Positions 53,754 through 64,000 of a stretch of DNA of 64,000 nt are shown here, piece after piece (position 1 is the stretch's first letter; every line of letters starts with the position of its first letter). The notes below the pieces were generated by a model. That model did no database searches. It saw only the letters and a list, made by a program, of their open reading frames with translations, and had not been told where the DNA came from. A program made the translations under genes and the position numbers. Source of the stretch: Tetramitus jugosus (Eukaryota; Protista; Heterolobosea); contig OW569346.1 of assembly GCA_937625935.1 (NCBI GenBank), forward strand, positions 124,001 through 188,000, in the 5' to 3' direction.

Positions 53754-56700
53754 ATGGCAAAAATGACTTCTGTGAATCAACTCGCAGCTGAGCAGCAACA
53801 GCACTCACAACAACAGTCAACAACAACCAACAGTGCCGTTGACAATGATCTCTCTTCACAACAACAAATCATATCACAGCTCATCAAATCACATGAACCC
53901 ATGAAAGAGAATCAAGTGTGGTGTCTCATTGAACTCAAATGGTTCCAATCATGGAAGCGCTATGTCGGTTACAAGGACGTGGACATGGATGACAATGAAG
54001 CAACACAACACATTGGTATTCACCACCCAGGTCCCATTGACAACTCTCCTCTTTTGTTGAATTTGAGTGATGCAGCAATTACTCCGGCTGATGGTGCAGA
54101 AGTTGGTGTGGCTGATGATCTTCAAACAATCAACAACATCAACAATAATACTGAGAGTGGTGGTGTGAGTGGAGATGGTGATGAAGATGGTGATGTTGCC
54201 ATGAATCAAGCAGAACAAGAAGCAACGACAACAACAGCTACAACTGCCACATCATCAAGACTGTCATTCTATCAAAAGTTGCAAAAATCACGAAAAAATG
54301 ATCCGTTCCTTCGAAAGCTGATGTTGGACATTTCGGATCACATTCATTATGATTTGGTACCACAGGAAGCTTTCCAAAAATTGGCTTCCTGGTACGGTGG
54401 TGGACCAGAGGTTGCTAGAAGAGCCGTCGTGGATCACACGGGTGGAGTCATTGTCGAAATGCACCCTCATTTTGTCTTTTTGCTCACAAACAAGGGAATG
54501 AACATGGTGGAGGAATCATTGGTGCCGATTGAGACATCCTTTTCTCGCTTCAGTACAATGAAACAAATGATTTCCGAGGCAAAAAAGTTGCTTGGTATCG
54601 AAGAAAATGAAGAGGTACAACTGTGGAGAGCAATGAACTGTTCGCCGTATGACCTAGTCACTGCATCCGAGTCTGATGAAGAGTTGGACACTGTGAACTC
54701 GAGACAAAACGGACAACAGTACATTATTGAAGTGAAGCAAGATGGCGAATGGGTGATTAAGAATGGTGATATTGATACTGCAGAAATTCAATCCAAGACC
54801 ACTGGATCATCTAAATTGTCAGCAATCACCGCTGCTGCCTCGACCAGTTCGTCTTCCTACTTGTCATTGCCATCGTCATACTCCTCTCGATCTACGTCCT
54901 CCTATTTGTCATCTAGAGGAGGAGCCAGCAGTTTCTCAAACGAGGGAGATGGAACAATGAGTGATCCAGGTGTTTGTGGTTTACAAAATCTTGGTAACAC
55001 TTGTTTTATGAACTCAGCGCTTCAGTGTTTGACCAAAACTCCACAAATCAATCAATACTTTGTGAATGGTTCATTCAAGCCAGAGATCAATGAGTCGAAT
55101 CCGTTGGGCATGGGAGGAAAAATCGCATCTGCCTTTGGTAATTTGATGCAGGAGATGTGGAGTGGAAAGAACTCGTACGTTAATCCAAGAGAGTTCAAGT
55201 ACACGATTGGTAAGTTTGCACCTCAGTTTTCTGGATACCAACAACAGGATAGTCAAGAATTGATTGCCTACTTGTTGGATGGTTTGCACGAGGACTTGAA
55301 CAGAATCTTGAAAAAGCCTGTGACTGAGGCTGTGGTTTCCAATGGCAGAGAAGACGCCGTCGTGGCTGCAGAAGCATGGGAGAATCACAAGAAGAGAAAC
55401 GATTCGATCATTGTGGACAAATTCCAGGGACAACTCAAATCGACTCTTGTATGCCCACAGTGTGAGTCAGTGTCAGTGACATTTGATCCTTACATGTACT
55501 TGAGCTTGCCTTTGCCTGTTGAAACTACCCGTACCATTACTGTCACTGTATTTAAGCGTGGAGAATCACCAACAAAGTACGCCATCAAGGTGCCCAAGCA
55601 TGCTCCTATCTCAGAGTTTAGAGCAGAGATTGCTTCAATGGTTGGTGTGACTAAAGTTGATCATATTGTTATTGTTGAGATTTTCAGCAACAAAGTGTAC
55701 AGATACATTTCAGATCAGTCTGGTGTTCACAAGATTTTGGAAAATGATGTGATTCATGCCTATGTTCTCGATGAGTCCGTGGAACTTCCAGAGAATATCC
55801 ATACATCTTATGGCGAGTATTCTAGCCCATTTGCCTCAACTAGAATTTTCTCACGACAGGAAGAACAGACAAAATATGCTGGGACCACAACTCGCAGCAT
55901 TATGGTTGGAGCACCTTTTGTCCTGCCATTTGACAAGAAAGTAGCCACAAATAAGGAACTTTACGACTTTTGCTTCGAGTATGTGAAACCTTTCTTGGCA
56001 CATGATGTGGCACGAGAAAATGGACTTGATCTGGATGGAGATCGCTCAGCTTTCCTTCCTGATGCTGCCTTTGCTCAGAAGAACAAGAAGAAGAAGAAGC
56101 AGGATACTTATAGTTATAATCATAGTTCATACAGCTCATATGATCGCTATCGATATGATGATGATCAGATGAAGGATCAGGAGGATGATCAGGAAGAGAA
56201 ACAAGAAGACAGTGAAACTTCGGCAGCAGAACAACAAAAGTTTGTACTGTTCACTTTGAAGTTTGAGGAAGGATCTTCCTATTCATCATACTCTAATGAT
56301 GACAATGATGATATCTTGCCATATACAAACGATGTTGTGAAGGTTCCTAATGACAGATACTCAAACGACAAGAAGTCCCTGCAAATGTATATTAACCCTA
56401 ATGTGTTGGAAAAGTTATTCGATGTGAACAGAATCAACCACGTGGAGCACCACTCCAGTACATCATCTCAAAATGCTGCATCTGGTGTGACTTTAAATGC
56501 ATGTCTTGAGCGGTTCACTACACAGGAAAAGCTCGGTGAAGATGACGCATGGTATTGCCCAAAATGCAAAGAGTTTGTTCAAGCAACCAAGAAGTTCGAT
56601 ATCTGGACAATACCAGAGGTATTGGTTATTCACTTGAAGCGATTCCAGTATAACAAGTATACGCGTGACAAACTAGATACCTATGTGGATTATCCACTAG

Positions 56701-56933
56701 ATAACTTTGACCTTGGTCCTCATATCTTATCAACGCCTGAGCACAATACAAAATACGAGTTGTTCGCGGTCTCAAATCACTATGGTGGCTTGGGTGGAGG
56801 CCATTACACTGCTTATGCAAAGGTACAAGATAATCAGTGGTACAAATTCGATGATTCTTATGTTCAGCGATGCCGTCCTGAGGATTCACAGACAAGTGCC
56901 GGTTATGTTTTGTTCTATGCAAGAAAAGAGTGA
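53754..56933 (+). CDS. Ubiquitin-specific protease of the USP4/11/15 family (DUSP-UBL-USP)
   Basis: DUSP WFQSWKRYVG and HPGPIDNSPL; Cys box GLQNLGNTCFMNSALQCL; QQDSQE; His box SNHYGGLGGGHYTA; WYKFDD. Confidence 0.95.
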   Translation: MAKMTSVNQLAAEQQQHSQQQSTTTNSAVDNDLSSQQQIISQLIKSHEPMKENQVWCLIELKWFQSWKRYVGYKDVDMDDNEATQHIGIHHPGPIDNSPLLLNLSDAAITPADGAEVGVADDLQTINNINNNTESGGVSGDGDEDGDVAMNQAEQEATTTTATTATSSRLSFYQKLQKSRKNDPFLRKLMLDISDHIHYDLVPQEAFQKLASWYGGGPEVARRAVVDHTGGVIVEMHPHFVFLLTNKGMNMVEESLVPIETSFSRFSTMKQMISEAKKLLGIEENEEVQLWRAMNCSPYDLVTASESDEELDTVNSRQNGQQYIIEVKQDGEWVIKNGDIDTAEIQSKTTGSSKLSAITAAASTSSSSYLSLPSSYSSRSTSSYLSSRGGASSFSNEGDGTMSDPGVCGLQNLGNTCFMNSALQCLTKTPQINQYFVNGSFKPEINESNPLGMGGKIASAFGNLMQEMWSGKNSYVNPREFKYTIGKFAPQFSGYQQQDSQELIAYLLDGLHEDLNRILKKPVTEAVVSNGREDAVVAAEAWENHKKRNDSIIVDKFQGQLKSTLVCPQCESVSVTFDPYMYLSLPLPVETTRTITVTVFKRGESPTKYAIKVPKHAPISEFRAEIASMVGVTKVDHIVIVEIFSNKVYRYISDQSGVHKILENDVIHAYVLDESVELPENIHTSYGEYSSPFASTRIFSRQEEQTKYAGTTTRSIMVGAPFVLPFDKKVATNKELYDFCFEYVKPFLAHDVARENGLDLDGDRSAFLPDAAFAQKNKKKKKQDTYSYNHSSYSSYDRYRYDDDQMKDQEDDQEEKQEDSETSAAEQQKFVLFTLKFEEGSSYSSYSNDDNDDILPYTNDVVKVPNDRYSNDKKSLQMYINPNVLEKLFDVNRINHVEHHSSTSSQNAASGVTLNACLERFTTQEKLGEDDAWYCPKCKEFVQATKKFDIWTIPEVLVIHLKRFQYNKYTRDKLDTYVDYPLDNFDLGPHILSTPEHNTKYELFAVSNHYGGLGGGHYTAYAKVQDNQWYKFDDSYVQRCRPEDSQTSAGYVLFYARKE

Positions 56934-57040
56934 TTCAGTGCAAACTGGATGGATGAAAGATCGTCAACGCGACAACTGATGAATAAACAAATACCTAATT
57001 ATTCATTTATTCATTCATCCTAGATCCGATTGACAACACC

Positions 57041-57526
57041 TCAATACAAGTTGATGGTGAAGTTACTCAATTGATGGAACAGTTTTGCTTCATTCAAAGC
57101 GAAATTCCTCCAGAATCGCTTCTCTTTCTCTTCCAGAAGCTTCGTGAGCACAGTAACACTTGGAGGCGTGATGGGAAGTGGAGGCGGCTTGGGTATTCCT
57201 TCTTCGCAGTTCTGCAAAGTGTTTTCTTCTGTTAACACTGTCTTCCTCTTGTTCTTCTTTCGGGGAACGATGGGAGAGAAACTCTGCTCGATCATTTGAG
57301 CATCACAATTAGACGACAATAAAATATCAGAAGATAATTGAACTTCATCATTTTCATTCAAAGTTAGTAAACTCATTTCTAGCTGGTGCTTGGGTGAAGA
57401 GAGTAAATCATTCACTTCCTGTGGTAGTTGTGAGAGGTTGCACCGTGACGACAGAGGTTCACGATGGGGATCCATCTCATCCTCTTCGTCTGAACCAAAC
57501 AGAATATTCTCAAATGTTCTATTCAT
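57041..57526 (-). CDS. Small disordered protein with possible Sororin-type C-terminal motif
   Basis: 161-aa ORF with SP/TP sites, basic RKKNKRK and C-terminal WRNFALNEAKLFHQLSNFTINLY. Confidence 0.55.
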   Translation of the reverse strand: MNRTFENILFGSDEEDEMDPHREPLSSRCNLSQLPQEVNDLLSSPKHQLEMSLLTLNENDEVQLSSDILLSSNCDAQMIEQSFSPIVPRKKNKRKTVLTEENTLQNCEEGIPKPPPLPITPPSVTVLTKLLEEKEKRFWRNFALNEAKLFHQLSNFTINLY

Positions 57527-57838
57527 TCAATCTCAATCATACATCAAGTGAGTATTGTACTCAAGATTACCTCAGCTGTTCTTCTCTTATGTAAATCGGC
57601 GACAACAGTCAAAAAGGCGCCGAAAAACAACTACGATACCAAAACTGAACAACTAGGTGTTTATTGGACTGAATTCTTGCAATGTGGTGCAAGCAAACTG
57701 AATAAATAGATATATAGGTATCTGATGTAAATAAAAATTATGACTTCACGACCGAGACAGACGAATTCAAACTCTTGTGTCGTCGCACCAAAACCAAAAA
57801 AATTGGCGACGAATTGCCCTTAAACTCTCTCTCTTTTC

Positions 57839-58943
57839 TTAACAAATGAGACAGCATCCATTGCCCGTCCGTTCCTTTTCGTCCTCCTTTTTCTGCGGAT
57901 ATAAAACAGCATTGATCGCCAATTGAAAGGCATTTTCTAGATTGTATCTTGTCTTTGCAGAGCATGTTATGTGACCAGCGGCGTTCACCTTGCTCACGAA
58001 TCGCTTCACTGTTTCCTCTGAAACCACTTCGCTCTCACTCACGGTCTCTGCCAAATCGGCCTTGGTTCCTACAATGATAATAGGCGCATTGGTGCTATAT
58101 CTCTTGAGCTCTGGGATCCATTTCGTCTCTATGCTACTAAATGAATCCTTATCTACAACAGAGTAACAAATCACAAAGACATCGGTCTGTGAATAACTCA
58201 TTGGACGCAATTGATCATAGTCTCTGTCGTTGGTTCCCAAAAAAAAGACATCATGATATCAACAACAACATAAGCACATCGTCAATAGAGAGATGAACGA
58301 GAGGTGAGTATTGTGCTCCTAAAGAGTCAAAAAGAGCATTGCTCAACAGAACAAAAAAAAACAACATACTCTTGTCCCTGTTGTGATCGTCGTGTCCACA
58401 TGCATGACAGCAACAACAAAAAAAAACACACACAAGATGTCGTGCCAATGGTGATTTTGCGTTAGCTCCTCCTAGGTTCAACAATTGCCATTATCCATGC
58501 AACAATAATAACAAGAATAAACAACAACATACAGCTGTATCGTACAAATCAAGCATCACTGTTCGGTCTTCCATCTGCAAATTGCACCTGTGATTATCAA
58601 AAACTGTTGGCACATATTCTGTGTGTTTGATTGTGTTGCAATGGACATTGCGGTAATGTGCAATCACACATATGTGAACCATTCATCAAGCAAATAGCAA
58701 CCAATTGTACGCACAAAAAAAGAAGAACCACAATTTGATGAAGAGCCACAATATCATATTGTGTGTGTGTGTTAGTCGTTTAGGCACAAAAACACATCAA
58801 TCGAAAGAGAAAAAAAAGCAAAGCTCCAGGTCAAATACGGCCAATCACAAACCTTCTGGAAATTGGTTGCTCGTATAGGATATCAGAAATGAAGTTTTGC
58901 CAACGGTTCCATCTCCGACGGCTACAAGTTTGATTTTGTCCAT
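57839..58943 (-). CDS. Rho/Rac-family small GTPase, 4 exons including an 8-nt micro-exon; 189 aa
   Basis: Exons 58943-58853, 58618-58533, 58377-58370, 58223-57839 total 570 nt; [43 protein letters not shown]-terminal CCLIC. Confidence 0.93.
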
Positions 58944-59599
58944 TGTTTCTCTCTCAGTCGTCGTCTACGTTGATGTGATGTCAGAAAAAAAATTGTTGTT
59001 TATGTTTTCTAAGATTGGGAGTAGCAGAGAGTTTTATTTGTCTTGTTTCTGTCTCTCTCTCTTTGAATTCAAGTGGTGGTGGTGGTGTTTTGTGTTTGAG
59101 AGTGTTGGCCCACATGGTAAAAGTAGCGAATCAGCGGACATGTCGTAATGCCCCGGATTTTTCTGATGCCTGTCATGCGTTCTCGTCCAATGTCGGAATA
59201 TCTTGTCCTGAAGGGGTGTTGAGTGCTCGAGTTCAACAAGAGAGGGGGAAGAAAAATCTTGTGTTTGCTTCAATAAATTTGATAGGGGGAGACTTTTATG
59301 GGTGGATATTTAATGTGTGAGATACATGGACATAAACTCTAGAAAACAGTGGAGAGACCTGATAGTGATGTTCTGAAAGCTGCTCAGACAATTAAACTGC
59401 GCAAGGAATCCTTCAAAATGGCTCTAACGAGAAGTCTCATAACTTAAGAAAAATACTTTCTGATGAGTAAGTGTGGGATGGTCGATAGTTGACTTCACAG
59501 AATGATTAGTTCTATGAAGACCTTAGAGTTGGTTGCTTGGCCAATGTTCTTTGTCAAAACAAGGGCAAGAAGTATCAACTAGGAAGGGTTAGCAACGAT

Positions 59600-61042
59600 T
59601 TAAGCTGCTTCTTCGTAGTGATCTTCAGCATACTCTTCACCATTCTCATCGTCCTCAACAGTAGCATCTTGGTATTGTTGATACTCGGAGATCAAGTCAT
59701 TCATGTTGGACTCTGCTTCAGTCATTTCCAACTCGTCCATACCTTCTTGCAAATAGTTGTACAAGAAAGCCTTCTTCTTGAACATGGCAGAGAATTGCTT
59801 GCTGATTCTCTTGAAGACCTCTTGGATAGCAGTAGAGTTACCAATGAATGTACCAGTGATTCTTTGGTTGGCATCAGAAGGAATGTCACAGATGGAGGAC
59901 TTGATGTTGTTAGGGATCCATTCAACAAAGTTGTCAGAGTACTTGCGTTGCATGTTGAGCATTTGTTCGTCAACTTCCTTGGTGGAGATGTTCTTTCCTC
60001 TGAACAAGACGGAAGCAGTCAAGTATCTTCCTTGAGCTGGGTCACAAGCAGCCATCATGTTTCTTCTGTCGAAGCATTGTTGAGTGACTTCAGCAACGCT
60101 CAATGCATTGTATTGCTTGCTTGCCAAACTTGCCAATGGAGCAGTACCGACAAGGAAGAAGTGCAATCTTGGGAAAGGAATCAAGTTGACAGCCAACTTT
60201 CTCAAGTCAGAGTTCAATTGACCAGGGAATCTCAAGGAGCATGTAATACCAGACATGACGTTGGACACGAGGTTGTTCAAGTCAGAGAAGGAAATGGTTT
60301 CCAACTTCAAACTCTTTTCACAAATGTCGTGCAATGCTTCATTGTCCAAGCAGTACACTTGATCAGCATTCTCCAACAATTGATGGATGGAGAGAGAAGC
60401 GTTGTAAGGTTCAACAACGACATCAGAGACCTTTGCAGATGGCATGACAGAGAATGTGCACAATTGTCTGTCTGGGAACTCTTCCTTGATCTTGGCAACG
60501 AGCAAAGTACCCATACCAGAACCTGTTCCACCACCCAAAGAGTGGGTCATTTGGAAGCCTTGGAGGCAGTCACAGTTCTCAGCCTCTCTTCTCAAAGATT
60601 CCAAGACTTGATCAATAATTTCAGCACCTTCAGTGTAGTGACCCTTGGCCCAGTTGTTACCTGCTCCAGATTGACCAAAGATAAAGTTGTCTGGTCTGAA
60701 CATTTGTCCATAAGGGCTGGATTTGACCTTGTCAATAGCACCAGACTCCAAATCAAAGGCAACAGATCTTGGTACATAACGGTTACCATTGGCTTCAGAA
60801 AAGTAGACGTTGAGTCTTTCCTTTTGAATGTCGTTGGTGCCTACATAGTGACCCTTTTGGTCAATTCCATGCTCTATAGTTGTTCGTTGTTAGTGTTATT
60901 ATTCATCTCCAGTCAATACAAGAATAAGTGTGTGTGACAAGTGACAAAAAGAGCACTACTTACCAGAAGCAATTAATTCCCAGAATTTGGTACCAATTTG
61001 GTTACCACATTGACCTGCTTGGATGTGTACAATTTCTCTCAT
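59600..61042 (-). CDS. Divergent beta-tubulin; 2 exons
   Basis: [17 protein letters not shown]; intron 60874-60963; [55 protein letters not shown]; many non-canonical substitutions. Confidence 0.97.
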
Positions 61043-61188
61043 TTTCTTGTGTTGTGCTTGTTGTAGTAATAGGAGGTATCCTCTTGACTTGTTGTTGTGT
61101 GAGTTGTTTGGTTTTATGAATTGTGACGCGGTTGGCTGGCACTTTTATTGTCACTGACGTGCTAACGCCAAATGCCACAACTGAAAAA

Positions 61189-61206
61189 TTTTGGCGTTTT
61201 GGCGCC
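61189..61206. promoter_or_regulatory. Tandem TTTTGGCG(CC) motifs (E2F-like) upstream of beta-tubulin
   Basis: ttttggcg-ttttggcgcc; the second copy matches TTTSSCGC; similar motifs occur in other short promoters. Confidence 0.3.
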
Positions 61207-61479
61207 ACTTTTTGGAGGGAAGCACAACGCGCAAATGCAACGGCACGAGAATTGAGCGCCAAGGGCAGCAACTGGTTGCTGGTATGCTGCTACAGTTTTT
61301 TCTATTCATCTCCGAGATTCAGCAATCGATAGTTTTGTCCTTCTAATTCAAGGGACATACTCTCTGAAAGCAAGAAAAAGTGTTCTGTTGGCCGTACCTT
61401 CTCATTTACAGAAACTTTGGAAGTGACGATAAAACCAACTACTGAATAGTAGGAGAAATTGGAAAAATAACAACGACAA

Positions 61480-63957
61480 ATGTTTCATAGTAAAAGGAGT
61501 GTGTCAGTCGCATCATCGACTTCTTCCTCTCGAAAACAATTAACTTTTCCAGAATCCAGCTTCCATAAAGCTGCTTCTAGTTCTTACAGCGTTCAACTCT
61601 CTAATCGATCGAGCGTTCACTCATCAGGACAGTCTCAATCTTTCCTGTCCAAGAAGAAACAAAAACTATCCAGGGATATTCGACTTGCCCGAGAAAATGT
61701 TTACACAGTTGTAGATCCCAACAATAAAGATATTGACAGGACGCCAGTTCCTCTGGTAAAGGATACAGTTATCCAGTCATCTTTACCTCGAAGAAGTTCA
61801 ATAAGAGAGTCAGTTGGTTCGTATACGGCTAGTGGGCAAGTATCCCCCAGTAATATGAGTGAAATCTCAGAGATTGAACGATTTTCCTCAGCTAGTTGGG
61901 GCATGCCAGTATCTGCAAGTCAGACCGGGTCATCCACTCCTTCAACGAGCTATCTCAGTGATGATGAAAGTTTTTTCTTTAATCGAGGGATATCGTTGAA
62001 TGAGAGCATGACTAGTGTTAGTACTGAGAATATATCACTCGTTGAATCGAAGATATCACATGATTTGAAAGAAGTTATATCTCAAACAAAGCTCTATGAA
62101 GAGAAAGAACAGGATGAGAAAGTGGTCATGTCGCAGCAAGAGATCGAAGACTGGTTGGAGCAAGATTTTGTTATCGACTTGAAAGAAACACCTACATTCT
62201 TTTTGTTTGAACATTATGATGAAGCTGTCCCTGGACAAGCAGAGTATTTAGAGGAAGTACGAGAAAAGAACAAACAGTTCGAAGAGGCGATCAAAAGAAA
62301 ACAAACGCAAAGAGAGCTGTTCACTAACAAGGAAGTACAAACTCTTAACAAATTCTACAAGAACAAATTCAGTTCAACAATCAAAACAGAGACAGAAGAT
62401 GCAGAAGTTTTAGTTTCAGGATGGGAGATATTTGACGAATATGAGAAAATTAGAGAGATAGAGGAGAAACAAAGAGAAGAAAGAGAATCTATAATGATTT
62501 CAAATCAGGGGACGAAAGAAGATGAAGAAGAAGAGGACACCGAACAATTGGGTGAAGAAGAGGAAAATGACAAGGATGATGTGTTAAGTGTTAAAAGCTT
62601 TGCTTCTCAAAAGGGAATGTACTCTAATCCTGGAATTCGGGATTCGCTAACAACTCTGGAGCGAGCGGTTGCTCAGAACTTGTATCATGAACATCAACTA
62701 CAGTACAAAGCACTCCATGACCGAAAGAAGGTCGAGTATGATTTAAATCCGAGAGTGATGGATAGGCAATGTAGTGAAGAGGAGGACGGCTATCAACCAG
62801 AAGAGATAGGTGATTCCGACGAAGAAGTAGAAGAATCTAACATTCAGAGTAGAGAAGGAGAAGATGAATCAAGTTACTCATTACAAACGCTTTGGAACTT
62901 TGAATGTGGTCTATCTGAAGGTCATAATGTGAATTGCATGTCCTGGAATCATTCGAACAGAGATATTTTGGCAGTAGGATATGGAAATGTGGGTGTTGGA
63001 GACGCTGAAGGAATGATTATGTGCTGGACTCTAAAGAATCCTACCTTCCCCGAAAGAATAATCAAGATCCCTGGCACTGGTATTACAGCAATTGACTTCT
63101 CTCGTCGAAATCCCAGTCTGTTGTCAGTGGGATACAATGATGGAGGTGTAGCAATTTTCGATATTCGAAAGAATGATCAACGGCCAGTACTGGAAGCCGG
63201 TAAAAACCATACGGGTACAGTATGGGATCTTCAGTGGATCGATCGAGGGAAAGATATTGGAGAGAGATTACATTCAGTTGGTAATGATGGCCGAGTCAAT
63301 AGTTGGTCTATCAAGAAAGGCTTGGAATGTCACGAAATAATGAGATTAAAGTCCTCTGGAAAATCAGAACAGGAAGGGGCAGTTATAGCTAGAGAATCAG
63401 GTGGAATGTGCATCGATTTCGATCGAAAGGACACAAAGTTATATCTTGTTGGTACTGAAGATGGACTGATAAAGAAGTGCTCGACATCTTACAATGAACA
63501 GTGTCTAGAAACTTATCAGGGTCACACCGGACCAGTGTATAGAGTCAGATGGAATCCATTCGATCCAAACACGTTTCTATCTTGCAGTGCTGACTGGACT
63601 ATTCGATTATGGAACCAAGAAAAGTATCACCCGCTGCTGACGATTGAATCATTTTCAGAAACCATGGAAAAGAGATCATCATGCATTACTGACATTGCAT
63701 GGTGCAACCAGATATCAACAATGTTTGCTTCAGTCTCTATTACAGGTGCGATAGATGTGTGGGACATGGCTTCATCTACTCTTAAACCAAAGTACACAAA
63801 GATGAGCTATGGAAGACAGCTGAACTCTGTTCTCTATGCTCTGGATTCACCAGTACTGCTCGTAGGAGACAATTTTGGAACAATTGAGGTTCTCAAACCA
63901 TCCGGCCTCTCAGAAGACGACTTTACACAAGATATATCCCAATGTGAATTTATCTAG
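61480..63957 (+). CDS. DNAI4: Axonemal dynein intermediate chain WDR78/IC138-like (3' end probably continues after an intron beyond the window)
   Basis: LKETPTFFL, LERAVAQN, NVNCMSWN...DILAVGYG, WTLKNPTFPER, KCSTSYNEQCLETY, FLSCSADWTIRLW; putative donor gtgaat at 63945. Confidence 0.85.
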   Translation: MFHSKRSVSVASSTSSSRKQLTFPESSFHKAASSSYSVQLSNRSSVHSSGQSQSFLSKKKQKLSRDIRLARENVYTVVDPNNKDIDRTPVPLVKDTVIQSSLPRRSSIRESVGSYTASGQVSPSNMSEISEIERFSSASWGMPVSASQTGSSTPSTSYLSDDESFFFNRGISLNESMTSVSTENISLVESKISHDLKEVISQTKLYEEKEQDEKVVMSQQEIEDWLEQDFVIDLKETPTFFLFEHYDEAVPGQAEYLEEVREKNKQFEEAIKRKQTQRELFTNKEVQTLNKFYKNKFSSTIKTETEDAEVLVSGWEIFDEYEKIREIEEKQREERESIMISNQGTKEDEEEEDTEQLGEEEENDKDDVLSVKSFASQKGMYSNPGIRDSLTTLERAVAQNLYHEHQLQYKALHDRKKVEYDLNPRVMDRQCSEEEDGYQPEEIGDSDEEVEESNIQSREGEDESSYSLQTLWNFECGLSEGHNVNCMSWNHSNRDILAVGYGNVGVGDAEGMIMCWTLKNPTFPERIIKIPGTGITAIDFSRRNPSLLSVGYNDGGVAIFDIRKNDQRPVLEAGKNHTGTVWDLQWIDRGKDIGERLHSVGNDGRVNSWSIKKGLECHEIMRLKSSGKSEQEGAVIARESGGMCIDFDRKDTKLYLVGTEDGLIKKCSTSYNEQCLETYQGHTGPVYRVRWNPFDPNTFLSCSADWTIRLWNQEKYHPLLTIESFSETMEKRSSCITDIAWCNQISTMFASVSITGAIDVWDMASSTLKPKYTKMSYGRQLNSVLYALDSPVLLVGDNFGTIEVLKPSGLSEDDFTQDISQCEFI

Positions 63958-64000
63958 ATAAAAGTCAGTCACCAGATAAAATGATGATGACTTTTGAGCT

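Noticed and set aside
58225-58240. Rho GTPase with GTND replacing GQE (constitutively active variant)
   Set aside because: There is no AG acceptor before GGA ACC; the micro-exon at 58370-58377 restores canonical GQE
59300-59590. Possible C/D snoRNA in the Rho-tubulin spacer (gtgatg, ctga words)
   Set aside because: No convincing box C/D spacing, terminal stem or guide complementarity visible by eye
59537-60937. 466-aa plus-strand ORF
   Set aside because: Antisense shadow of the codon-biased beta-tubulin gene

Overview
Gene-dense eukaryotic (protist) genomic DNA with about 30 protein genes, short GT-AG introns and intergenic gaps often under 200 bp. The gene content points to a heterolobosean (Naegleria-like) amoeboflagellate, which is an inference: 7TM-RGS protein, Cache-domain nucleotide cyclase, ENA-type P-ATPase, RCC1-family protein, divergent beta-tubulin, and flagellar LRRC9, DNAI4 and SAS6L. 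The standout is a 1313-bp insertion (5266-6578, minus strand) with a perfect 16-bp target-site duplication, a poly(A) tail and a single RRM/coiled-coil ORF with no reverse transcriptase. It sits head-to-head 45 bp upstream of a tRNA-Ser(AGA) gene. It looks like a tRNA-gene-targeted, ORF1-only non-LTR retroelement with the geometry of Dictyostelium TRE5, in an apparently unrelated lineage. Other notable items: an 8-nt micro-exon encoding the catalytic G60-Q61-E62 of a Rho GTPase; a copper-ligand-deficient tyrosinase fused to a tail with clathrin/adaptor-like motifs; a degenerate GH38 mannosidase with a 4-TM insertion; a V-PPase with an N-terminal Ig-like domain; a bacterial-type ATP-grasp ligase; and two frameshift lesions. 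All family assignments come from motif recognition by eye; no database searches were run.
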